Shown piece after piece: positions 17,061 to 26,837 of a stretch of DNA of 64,000 bases. Every line of letters starts with the position of its first letter. Position 1 is the stretch's first letter. Below the pieces are notes generated by a model that was given only the letters and a program-made list of their open reading frames with translations, did no database searches and was not told the DNA's origin. Source of the DNA: Dehalococcoidia bacterium (GTDB lineage Bacteria; Chloroflexota; Dehalococcoidia; Lucifugimonadales; UBA3495); assembly GCA_965116565.1 (NCBI GenBank), contig OZ220699.1, positions 483,589 through 547,588 of the forward strand. Reading direction: 5' to 3'. The position numbers and the translations under genes are program-made.

Positions 17061-18971
17061 ATGGGCGTTTTTTCCAATCCGTGGCGCCGCATTGGCGCCC
17101 GTTTGTATCTGGCCCTGGGTTTTGCGGTGGTGCTGACGCTGGTTTCAGCGGCGGTGGGAGTGTTCTACTTTGAGCGGAGCGGTGACCTGAACTACCAGGT
17201 GCGGTCGGAGTCGGTGCCGGTGCTGGAGGCGTCGTGGGCGGCGGCAAGAGAGGTTGACGGCCTGCGCTACCTGGGAACCAACCTGCTGGCTCACTCGGCC
17301 GACGGATCGCGCGCCGTGAGCGCGGCCCAGGTGGATGACACCCTCGCGAGACTCGAGACGCACCTGGCGCAGGTCAGCAGCGTGCCATCTCTGGAAGCGC
17401 ACTCGGAGGCGGTGTATGACGGCGCATACGATCTGGCCGACATCATCAGCAGCCTGTCCCTGAACCGGATCGCCACGCTGCAGGCTGACGAGGACGCGGC
17501 GCAGGTGCAGGCACAACTGGCGGCGCTGGAAGTATCGGACCAAGCATCGCAGACGGCGGCAGGCGTGTTGGGCCAGGCGCTCAAAGCCGACGACGACGCG
17601 GAGTTGGAACGCCTGTGGAGCGAGCTGGAAACCCTGGCCGGATCGGGCGCCGACCCTGCGGTGCTGGATCTGGCGGCGGGCGACGGAGTGTTCTTCGTGC
17701 GGCGGCAGCAACTCGGCCTGCAGGAACAGGCCGCCGGGTTGGGCCAGGATTTTGAGCAGTCCGCCGCTGCGTTGCAGGATTCGGTGACCACGCTCCTGGG
17801 TGAGGCTCGCGCGGAGTCAGCGTCCACGTTGGACGCGGCGGTGGCGAGCTTCGACCAGGGAAGGGTCCTGCTGGCGGTCATCAGCATCGCCAGCGTGATT
17901 GCGGCGACGATGGCGGCCTGGCTATGGGTCGGCAACGGCGTGGTGCGTCGGCTGTCCCGACTGTCCGACCGGATGCGCAGCATGGCCACCGGCGACCTGG
18001 AAACGCCGGTGCCGGAGGTGGGCACCGACGAAATCGGCGAGCTTGCCGACGCCCTGGAGGTCTTCCGACAACAGGCGCTGGAAGTCCAGCGTCTGAACCT
18101 GGTCGAGCAGCTTTACGGCCAACTGCGGGAGGCCAACGCCGAGTTGCAGCGCATGCAGGACCGGTTGGTGGCCCAGGAGAAGCTGGCGGCGCTGGGCGAA
18201 TTGGTGTCCGGCGTGGCCCATGAGATCAGCAACCCGCTGAACTTCGTCAAGAACTTCTCCGAAGGATCCCAGGAACTGTACGGCGAACTGTCCGACATGC
18301 TCAGAACCTACCGGGACGAGATGAGCGCCGAGGACGCGGCCCTGCTGGACGACATCACTGAGGAGCTGACCACCAGTCTCAACCGGGTGCGGGACAACGG
18401 CGGGCGCGCGCTGGCGATCGTGGAGCGGATGCGCGGCCTGGGAGTGGTCGGAGGAGAACCCGTGCCGACCGACCTGAACCCGCTGGTGCGGCGGGCGGTG
18501 CAGTTGGGCTGCGACACCTTCCGGGCCGAATGGCAGGACTTCGAGATAGCGCCGAACTACGACCTGGACACCTCATTCGGGCAGGTGCCGCTGGTGGGGC
18601 AGGACTTCAGTGAGGCCCTGGTGAACCTGGTGTCCAACGCCTGCTACGCGCTGCGGGCAAAGCGGGAGTCGTCAGGCGGCGAAGAGGGTTACGAGCCTCA
18701 GCTGAAGGTATCGAGCCGGCTGGTGGACGGGATGGTCGAGGTGCGCGTACGGGACAACGGCACGGGCATTCCCGAAGACGTGGTGGGCCACATTTTCAAT
18801 CCGTTCTTCACCACGCGTGAGGGAGCGATGGGAGCCGGCCTGGGGTTGTCCATCGCCGCCGACGTCGCCCGGCGCGCCGGCGGCGACCTCACGGTGGAAA
18901 CCGAGTACGGGAAGTACACGGAGTTCACGCTGAGCGTGCCGACGGAGGAGCCGGCCCTGGCCGTGGCGTGA
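17061..18971 (+). CDS. Membrane sensor histidine kinase with HAMP domain (no adjacent response regulator)
   Basis: 2 TM, HAMP (DEIGELA), H-box AHEISNPL, N-box LVSNA, DNGTGI, GAGLGLS. Confidence 0.92.
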   Translation: MGVFSNPWRRIGARLYLALGFAVVLTLVSAAVGVFYFERSGDLNYQVRSESVPVLEASWAAAREVDGLRYLGTNLLAHSADGSRAVSAAQVDDTLARLETHLAQVSSVPSLEAHSEAVYDGAYDLADIISSLSLNRIATLQADEDAAQVQAQLAALEVSDQASQTAAGVLGQALKADDDAELERLWSELETLAGSGADPAVLDLAAGDGVFFVRRQQLGLQEQAAGLGQDFEQSAAALQDSVTTLLGEARAESASTLDAAVASFDQGRVLLAVISIASVIAATMAAWLWVGNGVVRRLSRLSDRMRSMATGDLETPVPEVGTDEIGELADALEVFRQQALEVQRLNLVEQLYGQLREANAELQRMQDRLVAQEKLAALGELVSGVAHEISNPLNFVKNFSEGSQELYGELSDMLRTYRDEMSAEDAALLDDITEELTTSLNRVRDNGGRALAIVERMRGLGVVGGEPVPTDLNPLVRRAVQLGCDTFRAEWQDFEIAPNYDLDTSFGQVPLVGQDFSEALVNLVSNACYALRAKRESSGGEEGYEPQLKVSSRLVDGMVEVRVRDNGTGIPEDVVGHIFNPFFTTREGAMGAGLGLSIAADVARRAGGDLTVETEYGKYTEFTLSVPTEEPALAVA

Positions 18972-19001
18972 GCCGCGCGCCGTGGAGATCGGGGTAAGCA
19001 G

Positions 19002-19026
19002 AGCGGCCTCTCATCGAGAGGCCGCT
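19002..19026. terminator. Hairpin between convergent genes (bidirectional terminator or REP)
   Basis: AGCGGCCTCTC-ATC-GAGAGGCCGCT perfect 11-bp stem. Confidence 0.6.
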
Positions 19027-19051
19027 GATTTGCGTTCGGTTTGGGGTGAGA

Positions 19052-20341
19052 CTAGGAGTCGTCGCCCGCGCCGGCGGGTACGGGGGCCGGCGGGTCGGCC
19101 ACATAGGGCTTGTTGGTCGCAGGGTCAATCTCGAAGGGGCCGGGGAGCTCCAGTTCATCTGCGATTTCGCGGACGGCGGGAAGAACCTCCTGCCCCATGA
19201 GGCGCAGGCTGCGCATGGCGTCGTCGTGGGTCATCGCGCCGTCGCCGTCCCAGAAGAAGATGCTGCCGGGGCGGATGGTCTCCAGCACGTGGCGGATCTT
19301 GGGGATGACGGTCTTGGGCGTGCCGCAGATGATGGTGTAGTCCTCGATCTGCTGCTCATAAGGACGGGAGAGGACGCCGCCGGGTCCGGCGCTGCCGCCC
19401 CGGGCCGCAGTGGCCACGGACTGGGTGGGCAGTACGCGCCGGCGGGAGGTGAGGCCGGGCAGCTGGAGCAGGGCCTGGTTGGTGGTGCCCTCGTTGCCGG
19501 CGAGGAAGGGGTTGCTGGGGCCCTGCACGTACTTGCGGCCGGCCTGCTCGGCGAGTTCCTCGGTTTCATCGACGTGAACCTTCCAGAGGTAGCCGATGTT
19601 CTGGGGGCCGGACTCGTAGCCCAGCTCGGCGGCGGTGTCGTGGTAGAGCTGGAAGGCCTGCTTGGTGGGTTCCATCTCGGTGGCGAGCATGATGTAGGGG
19701 ATGCGCTGCTCGGCGGCCCACATCAGGGAGTCGCGGCTGACGACGCCGGGCAGCCAGATGGGCGGATGGGGCTTCTGGTAGGGGCGCACCCACGGGTTCA
19801 CGTGGCGGAAGTGGTAGTGCTTGCCCTCCCAGCGGAAGGGGCCGGGGGTGGTCCACGCCTTGACGATAAGCTCGTGGGCCTCCTTGAACCGCTCCCAGTT
19901 GTAGTGGGGCTCGACGTTGTGGGACACGCTCTCGCGTCCGGTGCCGCGCACCCAGCCGGACACCAGCCGGCCGCGGGAGATCATGTCGATCATGGCAAGC
20001 TGCTCAACCAGCCAGAGGGGGTCATCCCAGATGGGGATGATGTTGCCCAGCAGCACGATCTTGGCGCGCTGGGTGATGCGGGCCAGGATGGAGGCCTCCA
20101 CGTTCATCGCGCCGCCCATGCAGAAGGGCGTGCTGTGGTGCTCGTTGAGCATCAGGCCGTCGAATCCCATCTCCTCAGCGTAGATTTTCTCGTCGAGATA
20201 GCGGTTGTAGAGGTCGGAGCCCAACTGAGCATCGTAGATTTCGTTGCTGACGTTCAGGTCCATGATGGGCTTGCCGGTTGCCCCGAAGTATCCGGACTTG
20301 GGGTCCTGGTACGGCCTTTCGGTAAAGTATCCGATGAACAT
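19052..20341 (-). CDS. LLM-class flavin-dependent oxidoreductase
   Basis: AEEMGFDGLMLNEHH, MIDMISRGRLVSGWVRG, PYQKPHPPIW. Confidence 0.93.
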   Translation of the reverse strand: MFIGYFTERPYQDPKSGYFGATGKPIMDLNVSNEIYDAQLGSDLYNRYLDEKIYAEEMGFDGLMLNEHHSTPFCMGGAMNVEASILARITQRAKIVLLGNIIPIWDDPLWLVEQLAMIDMISRGRLVSGWVRGTGRESVSHNVEPHYNWERFKEAHELIVKAWTTPGPFRWEGKHYHFRHVNPWVRPYQKPHPPIWLPGVVSRDSLMWAAEQRIPYIMLATEMEPTKQAFQLYHDTAAELGYESGPQNIGYLWKVHVDETEELAEQAGRKYVQGPSNPFLAGNEGTTNQALLQLPGLTSRRRVLPTQSVATAARGGSAGPGGVLSRPYEQQIEDYTIICGTPKTVIPKIRHVLETIRPGSIFFWDGDGAMTHDDAMRSLRLMGQEVLPAVREIADELELPGPFEIDPATNKPYVADPPAPVPAGAGDDS

Positions 20342-20467
20342 GTTGGGTCTCCTTGTCGCGCTTCCGGAGGCAAGTTAGGGGGCCGGTTCCGGCTGATGCG
20401 GGGATTCTAACACAGGGTGGTGAGACCGGCGCCTGGATTGATTGAGCGTCGAGAAAGCATCCGGGCG

Positions 20468-21262
20468 CTATGCGTCGGGCTTCACGTTCTCAACCAGGGT
20501 ACGCAAGAAGCCGACTGCGTCCGGTACGTCCCGGGCGATGCTCTCCTTGTCCAGAGGCAGGTGTTCGTGGCTGTAGAGGGCCGCGCCGCCGAACTCGGTC
20601 AGGTAGCGGTGGTTCTCGCCGGGAACGGGCGCGTCCGGCGGCAGTATCCCGTGCCGTTTGATCAGTTCGGTGATGATGCGCAGGTTGTGGCCGTCGCGTC
20701 CGCTGGTGGGATACTCGAATCCGTGGGCGCCCAGGACGGCTTTGTACGCGTTTTCCAGGGCGTTCTGGCCCATGCGGCCAATCTGCTTGTCGTCGGCATT
20801 GGCCAGGATACCCGCGTTTGCCATGGTTTCCAGTAAATCGGCCGCGCCGGTGGCGTCTTTCATTTTGCCCTCTACATCGTCCCAGTCGATGGACTCTTCG
20901 GGCAATTCAGTGTTTTCCTGGGGCAAGATTGGGGCTCCCTGCTTGGCGATGGAGTTGGCGAGGTTGTTGCGCAGGTGGCGGCGGCCGGCGAACTCGTCCG
21001 CCGTCATGCAGATCACGTCTATGCCGGAGGCTTCCGGCAGGCTCGCCTTCTGCAGCGCGCGGGCGCGCTCGCGCAGATCATCCAGCCACTCCTCCGTTGG
21101 GGAGTGCTTCTTGATGATCAGGACGTCGATGTCGGAATCGGGCCGATGGTCGCCGCGGGCGCGCGAGCCGAACAGGATGGTCTGCTCCGGTTCCGCCATT
21201 CGGTGGACCTCGCGGGCCACTGCAACGGCGCGCCGGTCCGCTTTGATAGCGTGGACGGTCAT
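20468..21262 (-). CDS. Fused nucleotidyltransferase (MNT) - HEPN protein
   Basis: LFGSRARGD...DSDIDVL, then QNALENAYKAVLGAHG...GRDGHNL; start uncertain (21262 or 21307). Confidence 0.8.
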   Translation of the reverse strand: MTVHAIKADRRAVAVAREVHRMAEPEQTILFGSRARGDHRPDSDIDVLIIKKHSPTEEWLDDLRERARALQKASLPEASGIDVICMTADEFAGRRHLRNNLANSIAKQGAPILPQENTELPEESIDWDDVEGKMKDATGAADLLETMANAGILANADDKQIGRMGQNALENAYKAVLGAHGFEYPTSGRDGHNLRIITELIKRHGILPPDAPVPGENHRYLTEFGGAALYSHEHLPLDKESIARDVPDAVGFLRTLVENVKPDA

Positions 21263-21307
21263 GGCTTTCGCAGTCGGTGGTTCGGCAGGTTGGCGGGAGA
21301 TTTTCAT

Positions 21308-21448
21308 CCGCTCATGGTGGGCCTGTCGAACCATCCGTCGATTGCAATGGCATCCGTCGACAGGCTCAGGATGAGCGGGAAGGCGGTCAGGATGATCGGG
21401 AAGGCGATCAGGGTGAGCGGGAACAGGGTCAGGATGAGCGGGAGGGGA
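21308..21448. repeat. Inverted REP pair (CCTGTCGAACCA / TCGACAGGCTCAGGATGAGCGG) followed by four 21-bp tandem derivatives
   Basis: Units at 21365, 21386, 21407, 21428, consensus nTCAGGaTGAgCGGGAagg. Confidence 0.8.
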
Positions 21449-22249
21449 TCAGGACCCGAGGAAATTTTTGACGACGCTGAGGAACTCGTCGGTTTTTTCG
21501 ATGTGGGGGTTGTGGCCGCAGTTGTCGAATACCGTGAGACGGGAGTTGGGGATGGACTCGTTGTAAACCTGGCTGGCGCTGACGGGGACGATCTCGTCTT
21601 CCCGGCCCCAGATGATCTGCGTGGGCAGACGCTTGAGTCTATGCAGCAGGTTGGGCAGGCCGGGATAGTGCATGTAGGGGCGCCAACTGAGCCGGCAGGC
21701 CTCCTCGCGGGCGATCTCCCACGCCTCCGACAGCTCGGGGGAAACTTCGTCGGGGCAGACGTCGAGAAACTCGGGAGTGCTGGCGGTGTCGTAGAAGCCG
21801 GCGGTGCAGAACTCCTTGGCGACGGCGAGGAACATGTCGTAGATCTCACCCTCCGGCGGACGAATACCGGCGGGGCTGACCAGCACCAGCTTGTTGAATG
21901 TGTCGGGGGACATCGCAGCCATTTCGGCGGCGAGCCAACCCCCGATGGAAAAGCCCATGAGGTTTGCGCCCTGGAGGCCGAGGTCGTCGATGGCTTCGAG
22001 ATACCAGCCGGCCAGGTCGCGCATGTTCATGATCCATTCCTGGCGTTCGGTTGCGCCGAAGCCGGGGTGGGACGGTATGTAGAGGGAGTAGTCCTGGGCA
22101 AGGGCGTCGTAGCAGCGGAGCCATGCCCGGTGTCCCAGTTCGTCGTGCAGCACGAGCAGGGGCGTTCCGCTGCCGCCTTTGACCATCTGAAGGCTGACGC
22201 CGGCTGCCTCCACGAATTCTTCCGTCCATGCTTGCGCGCCTGTCGCCAT
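21449..22249 (-). CDS. Alpha/beta hydrolase
   Basis: HPGFG, GFSIGG nucleophile elbow, WGRED, CGHNPH. Confidence 0.88.
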   Translation of the reverse strand: MATGAQAWTEEFVEAAGVSLQMVKGGSGTPLLVLHDELGHRAWLRCYDALAQDYSLYIPSHPGFGATERQEWIMNMRDLAGWYLEAIDDLGLQGANLMGFSIGGWLAAEMAAMSPDTFNKLVLVSPAGIRPPEGEIYDMFLAVAKEFCTAGFYDTASTPEFLDVCPDEVSPELSEAWEIAREEACRLSWRPYMHYPGLPNLLHRLKRLPTQIIWGREDEIVPVSASQVYNESIPNSRLTVFDNCGHNPHIEKTDEFLSVVKNFLGS

Positions 22250-22570
22250 GTGCCAAGACCTCCTCGTTCTCGTTTGAAATGGGGCGCATTAGATACTGCC
22301 TAGCCATCATAACACGGTGGTGATGGAGGCCAAGTCACCGGCCTCCGTGCACACGAGCGATCTGAATGTTTCGGCCCTCGGTGGGCCGTGGTTACCCAGG
22401 TGGTTGCGTAACCCAAGAGGTCGTCCAAGAAGCAAACCGGATCATACCCGTCGCGAGCAGCCAGGTTTGATTGAATGTCCGATACACCCAAGACCAGCAT
22501 GGCGTGTATGGCGCGGTTGGTATAATGCGGTCGTAATCGCGCGCGGTCCCACCGGTGCGGAGATACCCAC

Positions 22571-24070
22571 ATGACAACGAACCGCAGTGCCGAATACCTC
22601 TCCGGTCTGGTGCATGAGCTGCGCCGTCTGCCCCACGAAACCGAGTGGGTAGAGTTCAAGAAAAACCACGCCAACCCAGAAATGATTGGTGAGGATATCG
22701 CAGCCCTGTCCAACGGCGCAGCCCTGCATAGTCGGGAAAAGGCCTATATGCTTTGGGGTGTTGAAGACGAAACACATGTCGTTGTGGGCACTGATTTTGT
22801 GCCGGGCGCCGCAAAAGGCAAGGGCAACTCTCTTCTGGAGCCTTGGCTGTTGGCGAAGTTACGCCCGCAGGTGAACTTCGGCTTTCACATAGCTGAGGTT
22901 GATGGGCAGCGTGTCGTCGTTTTAGAAATTGAACCGTCCACGCAGCATCCGGTTGCTTTTGAGAACGAGCGGTTTATCCGCGTTGGCAGCGCCACCAAAA
23001 AGCTCAAAGATCACCCGGAAAAAGAACGCGCCCTGTGGCGTACTTTGGAGCGGACAAACTTCGAGAGTGGGGTAGCTTACGAACGGGCACGTAGCGAGGA
23101 TGTCTTGCTGAAGCTTGACTACCCCGAATATTTCAGTCTGCTGGACGCCCCATTGCCTGATGGCCGCGGTTCCATTCTGGAGGCGTTACAGGGCGACAGA
23201 CTCATCGTACCTTGCGATGCCGGCGGTTGGAACATCACCAACCTGGGCGCCATATTGTTGGCCAAAAATCTGAGGGATTTCTCCAGCGTATGGCGCAAAA
23301 CGTTGCGCGTCATTCAATATCGAGGGGAAGGACGCACCGAAACCCAGCGCGAACAGGAATTCCCCGGCGGTTACGCTACGGAATTTGATTCCATTGTCAA
23401 TTACATTGTGGCATTAACTCCAGCCACTGAAGTCATTGACGGGTCTTTCCGGCGCGCGGTTCCCACGTACCCGCTGATCGCATTGCGTGAACTGGTGGCC
23501 AACGCTCTGATACACCAAGATTTCTCCGTTGCCGGCGCTGGGCCAACTGTCGAGATTTTCGATAATCGCATCGAAATCACCAACCCAGGAGAACCGTTGG
23601 TCGATACGGAGCGTTTCCTGGACACACCACCCAAGTCTCGAAATGAGATACTGGCTGCTATGATGCGAAGGTTCGACATCTGCGAGGAACGTGGCACCGG
23701 CATCGACAAAGCTGTATTGAGCGTTGAGTTGCATCAGTTACCCGCACCTCTTTTCGAAGCGCCAGAGGCATTCACGCGGATATTTCTGTTTGCGCGTAAG
23801 CCGTTGTCAGCCATGGACAGACCAGAACGCGTGCGTGCCTGCTATCTGCACGCTTGTCTGCGGTATGTCGCCAATCAATCCATGAACAACGCTTCAATCC
23901 GCGAACGCTTCGGGATAGCTACACAGAACGCGGCCATCGCCTCCCGGTACCTCCGCGAAGCTTTGGACGACGGTTATATCGTGATAAGCAATCCCAGCGC
24001 CGGAGCACGGAACCGGACATACCTTCCTTTCTGGGCCAATCGGCACGAAATCGGAGACCAAGTTCTTTGA
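22571..24070 (+). CDS. Schlafen/AlbA_2 + HATPase-like (RecG C-terminal type) + wHTH protein, paralog 1
   Basis: ETEWVEFK, RELVANALIHQDF, IEITNPG, CEERGTGIDK; TATAAT at 22521. Confidence 0.85.
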   Translation: MTTNRSAEYLSGLVHELRRLPHETEWVEFKKNHANPEMIGEDIAALSNGAALHSREKAYMLWGVEDETHVVVGTDFVPGAAKGKGNSLLEPWLLAKLRPQVNFGFHIAEVDGQRVVVLEIEPSTQHPVAFENERFIRVGSATKKLKDHPEKERALWRTLERTNFESGVAYERARSEDVLLKLDYPEYFSLLDAPLPDGRGSILEALQGDRLIVPCDAGGWNITNLGAILLAKNLRDFSSVWRKTLRVIQYRGEGRTETQREQEFPGGYATEFDSIVNYIVALTPATEVIDGSFRRAVPTYPLIALRELVANALIHQDFSVAGAGPTVEIFDNRIEITNPGEPLVDTERFLDTPPKSRNEILAAMMRRFDICEERGTGIDKAVLSVELHQLPAPLFEAPEAFTRIFLFARKPLSAMDRPERVRACYLHACLRYVANQSMNNASIRERFGIATQNAAIASRYLREALDDGYIVISNPSAGARNRTYLPFWANRHEIGDQVL

Positions 24071-24171
24071 TGGTTGTTTGATAGAACAAAGGTAAATCAG
24101 GCGATCGTACGACTTGCACGCACTGAATCCTATTGCAATTCATGCCCGATTTTGTTTGATGGTTGTTTGAT
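24066..24171 (+). repeat. Exact 17-bp direct repeat TTTGATGGTTGTTTGAT (24066-24082, 24155-24171)
   Basis: Two identical copies 89 bp apart, each itself an 11-bp-period repeat of TTTGAT. Confidence 0.8.
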
Positions 24172-24202
24172 CACCACCCCGCAAGAGCCCCGGAGGCCCA
24201 TC

Positions 24203-25204
24203 ATGCCCAACCCCACCGTCCACATCATCGCGACCGGCGGCAGCATTGCCGGCGTCGGGCCCGACCGCATGGACTACATACGCTATCCCGAGATCGGCGA
24301 CCACCTGACCATCGACCAGAACCTGGCCCGCGTGCCGGAGATTGCCCAGAACTTCAACGTCATCGCCGAGGACATGGTCAGCGTGGGCAGCACCGCCATC
24401 GGCCCCGCCAACTGGATTGCCCTGGCCGAGCGCATCCACGCCATCGACCGCGAGGAACCCGACACCGCCGGCGTCGTCATCACCCACGGCACCGCGACGC
24501 TGGAGGAGACGGCCTACTTCCTGCACCTGACGGTCAAGACCCAGCGGCCCGTGGTCATCACCGGCGCCATGCGGCCGCCGACGTCCATCAGCACCGACGC
24601 CGACCTGAACCTGCTGGACGCGTGCCGGATCGCGGCCACGCCGGAATCGGCGGGCATGGGCGTGCTCACGGTGCTCAACAACCAGATCCAATGCGCGCGG
24701 GAGGTGTACAAGGCCAACACCCTGCGCGTCGAGACCTTCAAGCCCAACGAGTTGGGTTTCCTGGGCTACGCAGACTCCGACCACCGGGTGGTCTTCTATC
24801 GGCGACCCTACCGCAAGCACACCACGGACACCCCCTTCCGCGTGGACGGCATGGCCGATCTGCCCCGGGTGGACATCGTCCACGCCTACGCCGGCGCGGA
24901 CGGCATGCTGATCGACGCGGCCCGAGCCCACGGATCGGCCGGCCTGGTGGTGGCCGGATTCGGCGCGGGCACTTTCCCGCCCACGTTCATCGCGGCGGCG
25001 GAGCAGGCCGTGGCCGCAGGGATGCCCGTCGTACTCGCCAGCCGTTCCAGCGCCGGCCGCGTGGTGATGACGCCGCGCAAGGACGAGCAGGGGTTCATCG
25101 TGTCGGACAACCTGATGCCGCAGAAAGCGCGCCTGCTGCTCATGCTCGGCCTGACCGTCAGCAACGACCGGGACACACTCCAGCAAATGTTTTACGAATA
25201 CTGA
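24203..25204 (+). CDS. Asparaginase/glutaminase-family protein with non-canonical active site
   Basis: ATGGSIAG, HGTATLEETAY, VVITGAMRP, KARLLLML; start reassigned to ATG 24203 (GGAGG RBS). Confidence 0.9.
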   Translation: MPNPTVHIIATGGSIAGVGPDRMDYIRYPEIGDHLTIDQNLARVPEIAQNFNVIAEDMVSVGSTAIGPANWIALAERIHAIDREEPDTAGVVITHGTATLEETAYFLHLTVKTQRPVVITGAMRPPTSISTDADLNLLDACRIAATPESAGMGVLTVLNNQIQCAREVYKANTLRVETFKPNELGFLGYADSDHRVVFYRRPYRKHTTDTPFRVDGMADLPRVDIVHAYAGADGMLIDAARAHGSAGLVVAGFGAGTFPPTFIAAAEQAVAAGMPVVLASRSSAGRVVMTPRKDEQGFIVSDNLMPQKARLLLMLGLTVSNDRDTLQQMFYEY

Positions 25205-25274
25205 CGGTATCGGGCGGAATGTGACAGCGTGTGAGCCGCGCATTCCGCCAGAACGATTGTGAGTATGATGCTGC

Positions 25275-26777
25275 TTGAAAACCACATCCCGGCAAGAGCG
25301 TGCCGACAGGATTCCACACAGAGACGCCGAATATCTGACCAATCTGGTTGACAACCTACGTCGGCTACCGTCCGAAACCGAGTGGGTGGAGTTCAAGGTC
25401 AACAACGCAACGGAACCACAAACAATCGGCGAGTACATATCCGCCCTGGCCAATGCGGCTGCACTGAACGGAAAAGATGCATCATATATGCTATGGGGCA
25501 TTGAGGATGGCAGCCACGCCATAGTCGGCACGGCATTCAAGCCTGCTACAGCAAGACAGGGCAACGAACCCCTAGAAAACTGGCTGCGACGCGGACTGAC
25601 ACCACCACTGGATTTTCGCTTTCACGAAGTAGCGCATGACGGAAAGCGTGTTGTCATTCTGCAGTTGGAAAAGACGAGGCTACAACCGGTAGCTTTCAGA
25701 GGCGAGCGGTTCATACGAGTCAGCGATGTAAAGAAGAACCTCCGTGAGCATCCTGAGAAAGAACGTGCGTTGTGGCGCATTCTTGAGCAGTTTAATTTTG
25801 AGAGCGAGGTAGCATTCGATAAAGCAAGCGACGACGATGTTCTGTCCAGCTTGAACTGCCCCGCTTACTTTGACCGACTTAGCCAGCCACTTCCAGATGG
25901 GCGTGCTGCTATTCTAAGCGCGTTGCAGAACCGTCAACTGATTGTGCCCTGCGACGCAGGCGGTTGGAGTATCACTAATGTAGCTGCGGTACTGTTCGCC
26001 CATAACCTGCATGACTTTCCGCGAATACGGGGTAAAGCAATGCGGGTTATTCAATATCGTGGTGAGGGGCGAACCGAGACTCAGCGCGAGCAGGAATTCA
26101 CGCAAGGTTATGCTGTAGCGTTTAGCTCTATCATAGACTACATCATGACACTGGTTCCGGCTAATGAAGTAATCGAACAGGCTTTGCGCAGGGAAATGCC
26201 TATGTTCCCTCATATAGCGGTGCGTGAACTGGTAGCCAATGCGCTGATCCACCAGGATTTCTCGGTTGCCGGGGCTGGGCCAAAGGTAGAAATATACGAC
26301 ACCCGTATCGAAATCACTAATCCGGGGAAACCACTGGTCCCTACGGAACGTTTTGTGGATGCGGAACAGACACGCAATGATCAGTTGACCGGATTGATGC
26401 GTAGATTCAATATTTGTGAAGAGCGTGGTAGCGGCATTGACAAGGTGGCTGAGCAAGTCGAACTGTTCCAACTTCCAGCGCCTCTTTTTGAAACTGCACT
26501 AGGCTCCACACGCGCTGTGCTTTTCGCCCACAAGGCCTTGTCTGATATGGACCGTGCAGAACGGGTTCGTGCCTCCTATCTGCACGCCTGCTTGCGGTAC
26601 GTAATGCAACAGCCGATGAACACCAGTTCATTGCGAGAGAGGTTTAGCATCGCCAACGACCGCACTGACTTAGCCTCTCGTCTGCTTAGGGAAGCAGTGA
26701 ACGATGGAGCAATCGTCGTTCGTGACCCCACCGTGGGAAACAGGAGTCGCACCTACCTGCCACACTGGGCTGCTTGA
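25275..26777 (+). CDS. Schlafen/AlbA_2 + HATPase-like + wHTH protein, paralog 2
   Basis: Colinear with 22571..24070 (shared ETEWVEFK, LIVPCDAGGW, VIQYRGEGRTETQREQEF); start uncertain; lower GC. Confidence 0.85.
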   Translation: MKTTSRQERADRIPHRDAEYLTNLVDNLRRLPSETEWVEFKVNNATEPQTIGEYISALANAAALNGKDASYMLWGIEDGSHAIVGTAFKPATARQGNEPLENWLRRGLTPPLDFRFHEVAHDGKRVVILQLEKTRLQPVAFRGERFIRVSDVKKNLREHPEKERALWRILEQFNFESEVAFDKASDDDVLSSLNCPAYFDRLSQPLPDGRAAILSALQNRQLIVPCDAGGWSITNVAAVLFAHNLHDFPRIRGKAMRVIQYRGEGRTETQREQEFTQGYAVAFSSIIDYIMTLVPANEVIEQALRREMPMFPHIAVRELVANALIHQDFSVAGAGPKVEIYDTRIEITNPGKPLVPTERFVDAEQTRNDQLTGLMRRFNICEERGSGIDKVAEQVELFQLPAPLFETALGSTRAVLFAHKALSDMDRAERVRASYLHACLRYVMQQPMNTSSLRERFSIANDRTDLASRLLREAVNDGAIVVRDPTVGNRSRTYLPHWAA

Positions 26778-26837
26778 ATTTTATTTGCACGTTGTCTGCA
26801 AAATCGGCGCGAATCGCACGTTTGCCCACATCCTCCA

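Noticed and set aside
21365-21448. Four 21-bp repeats as a possible CRISPR array
   Set aside because: Units are contiguous with no spacers, derive from a REP arm, and no cas genes are present
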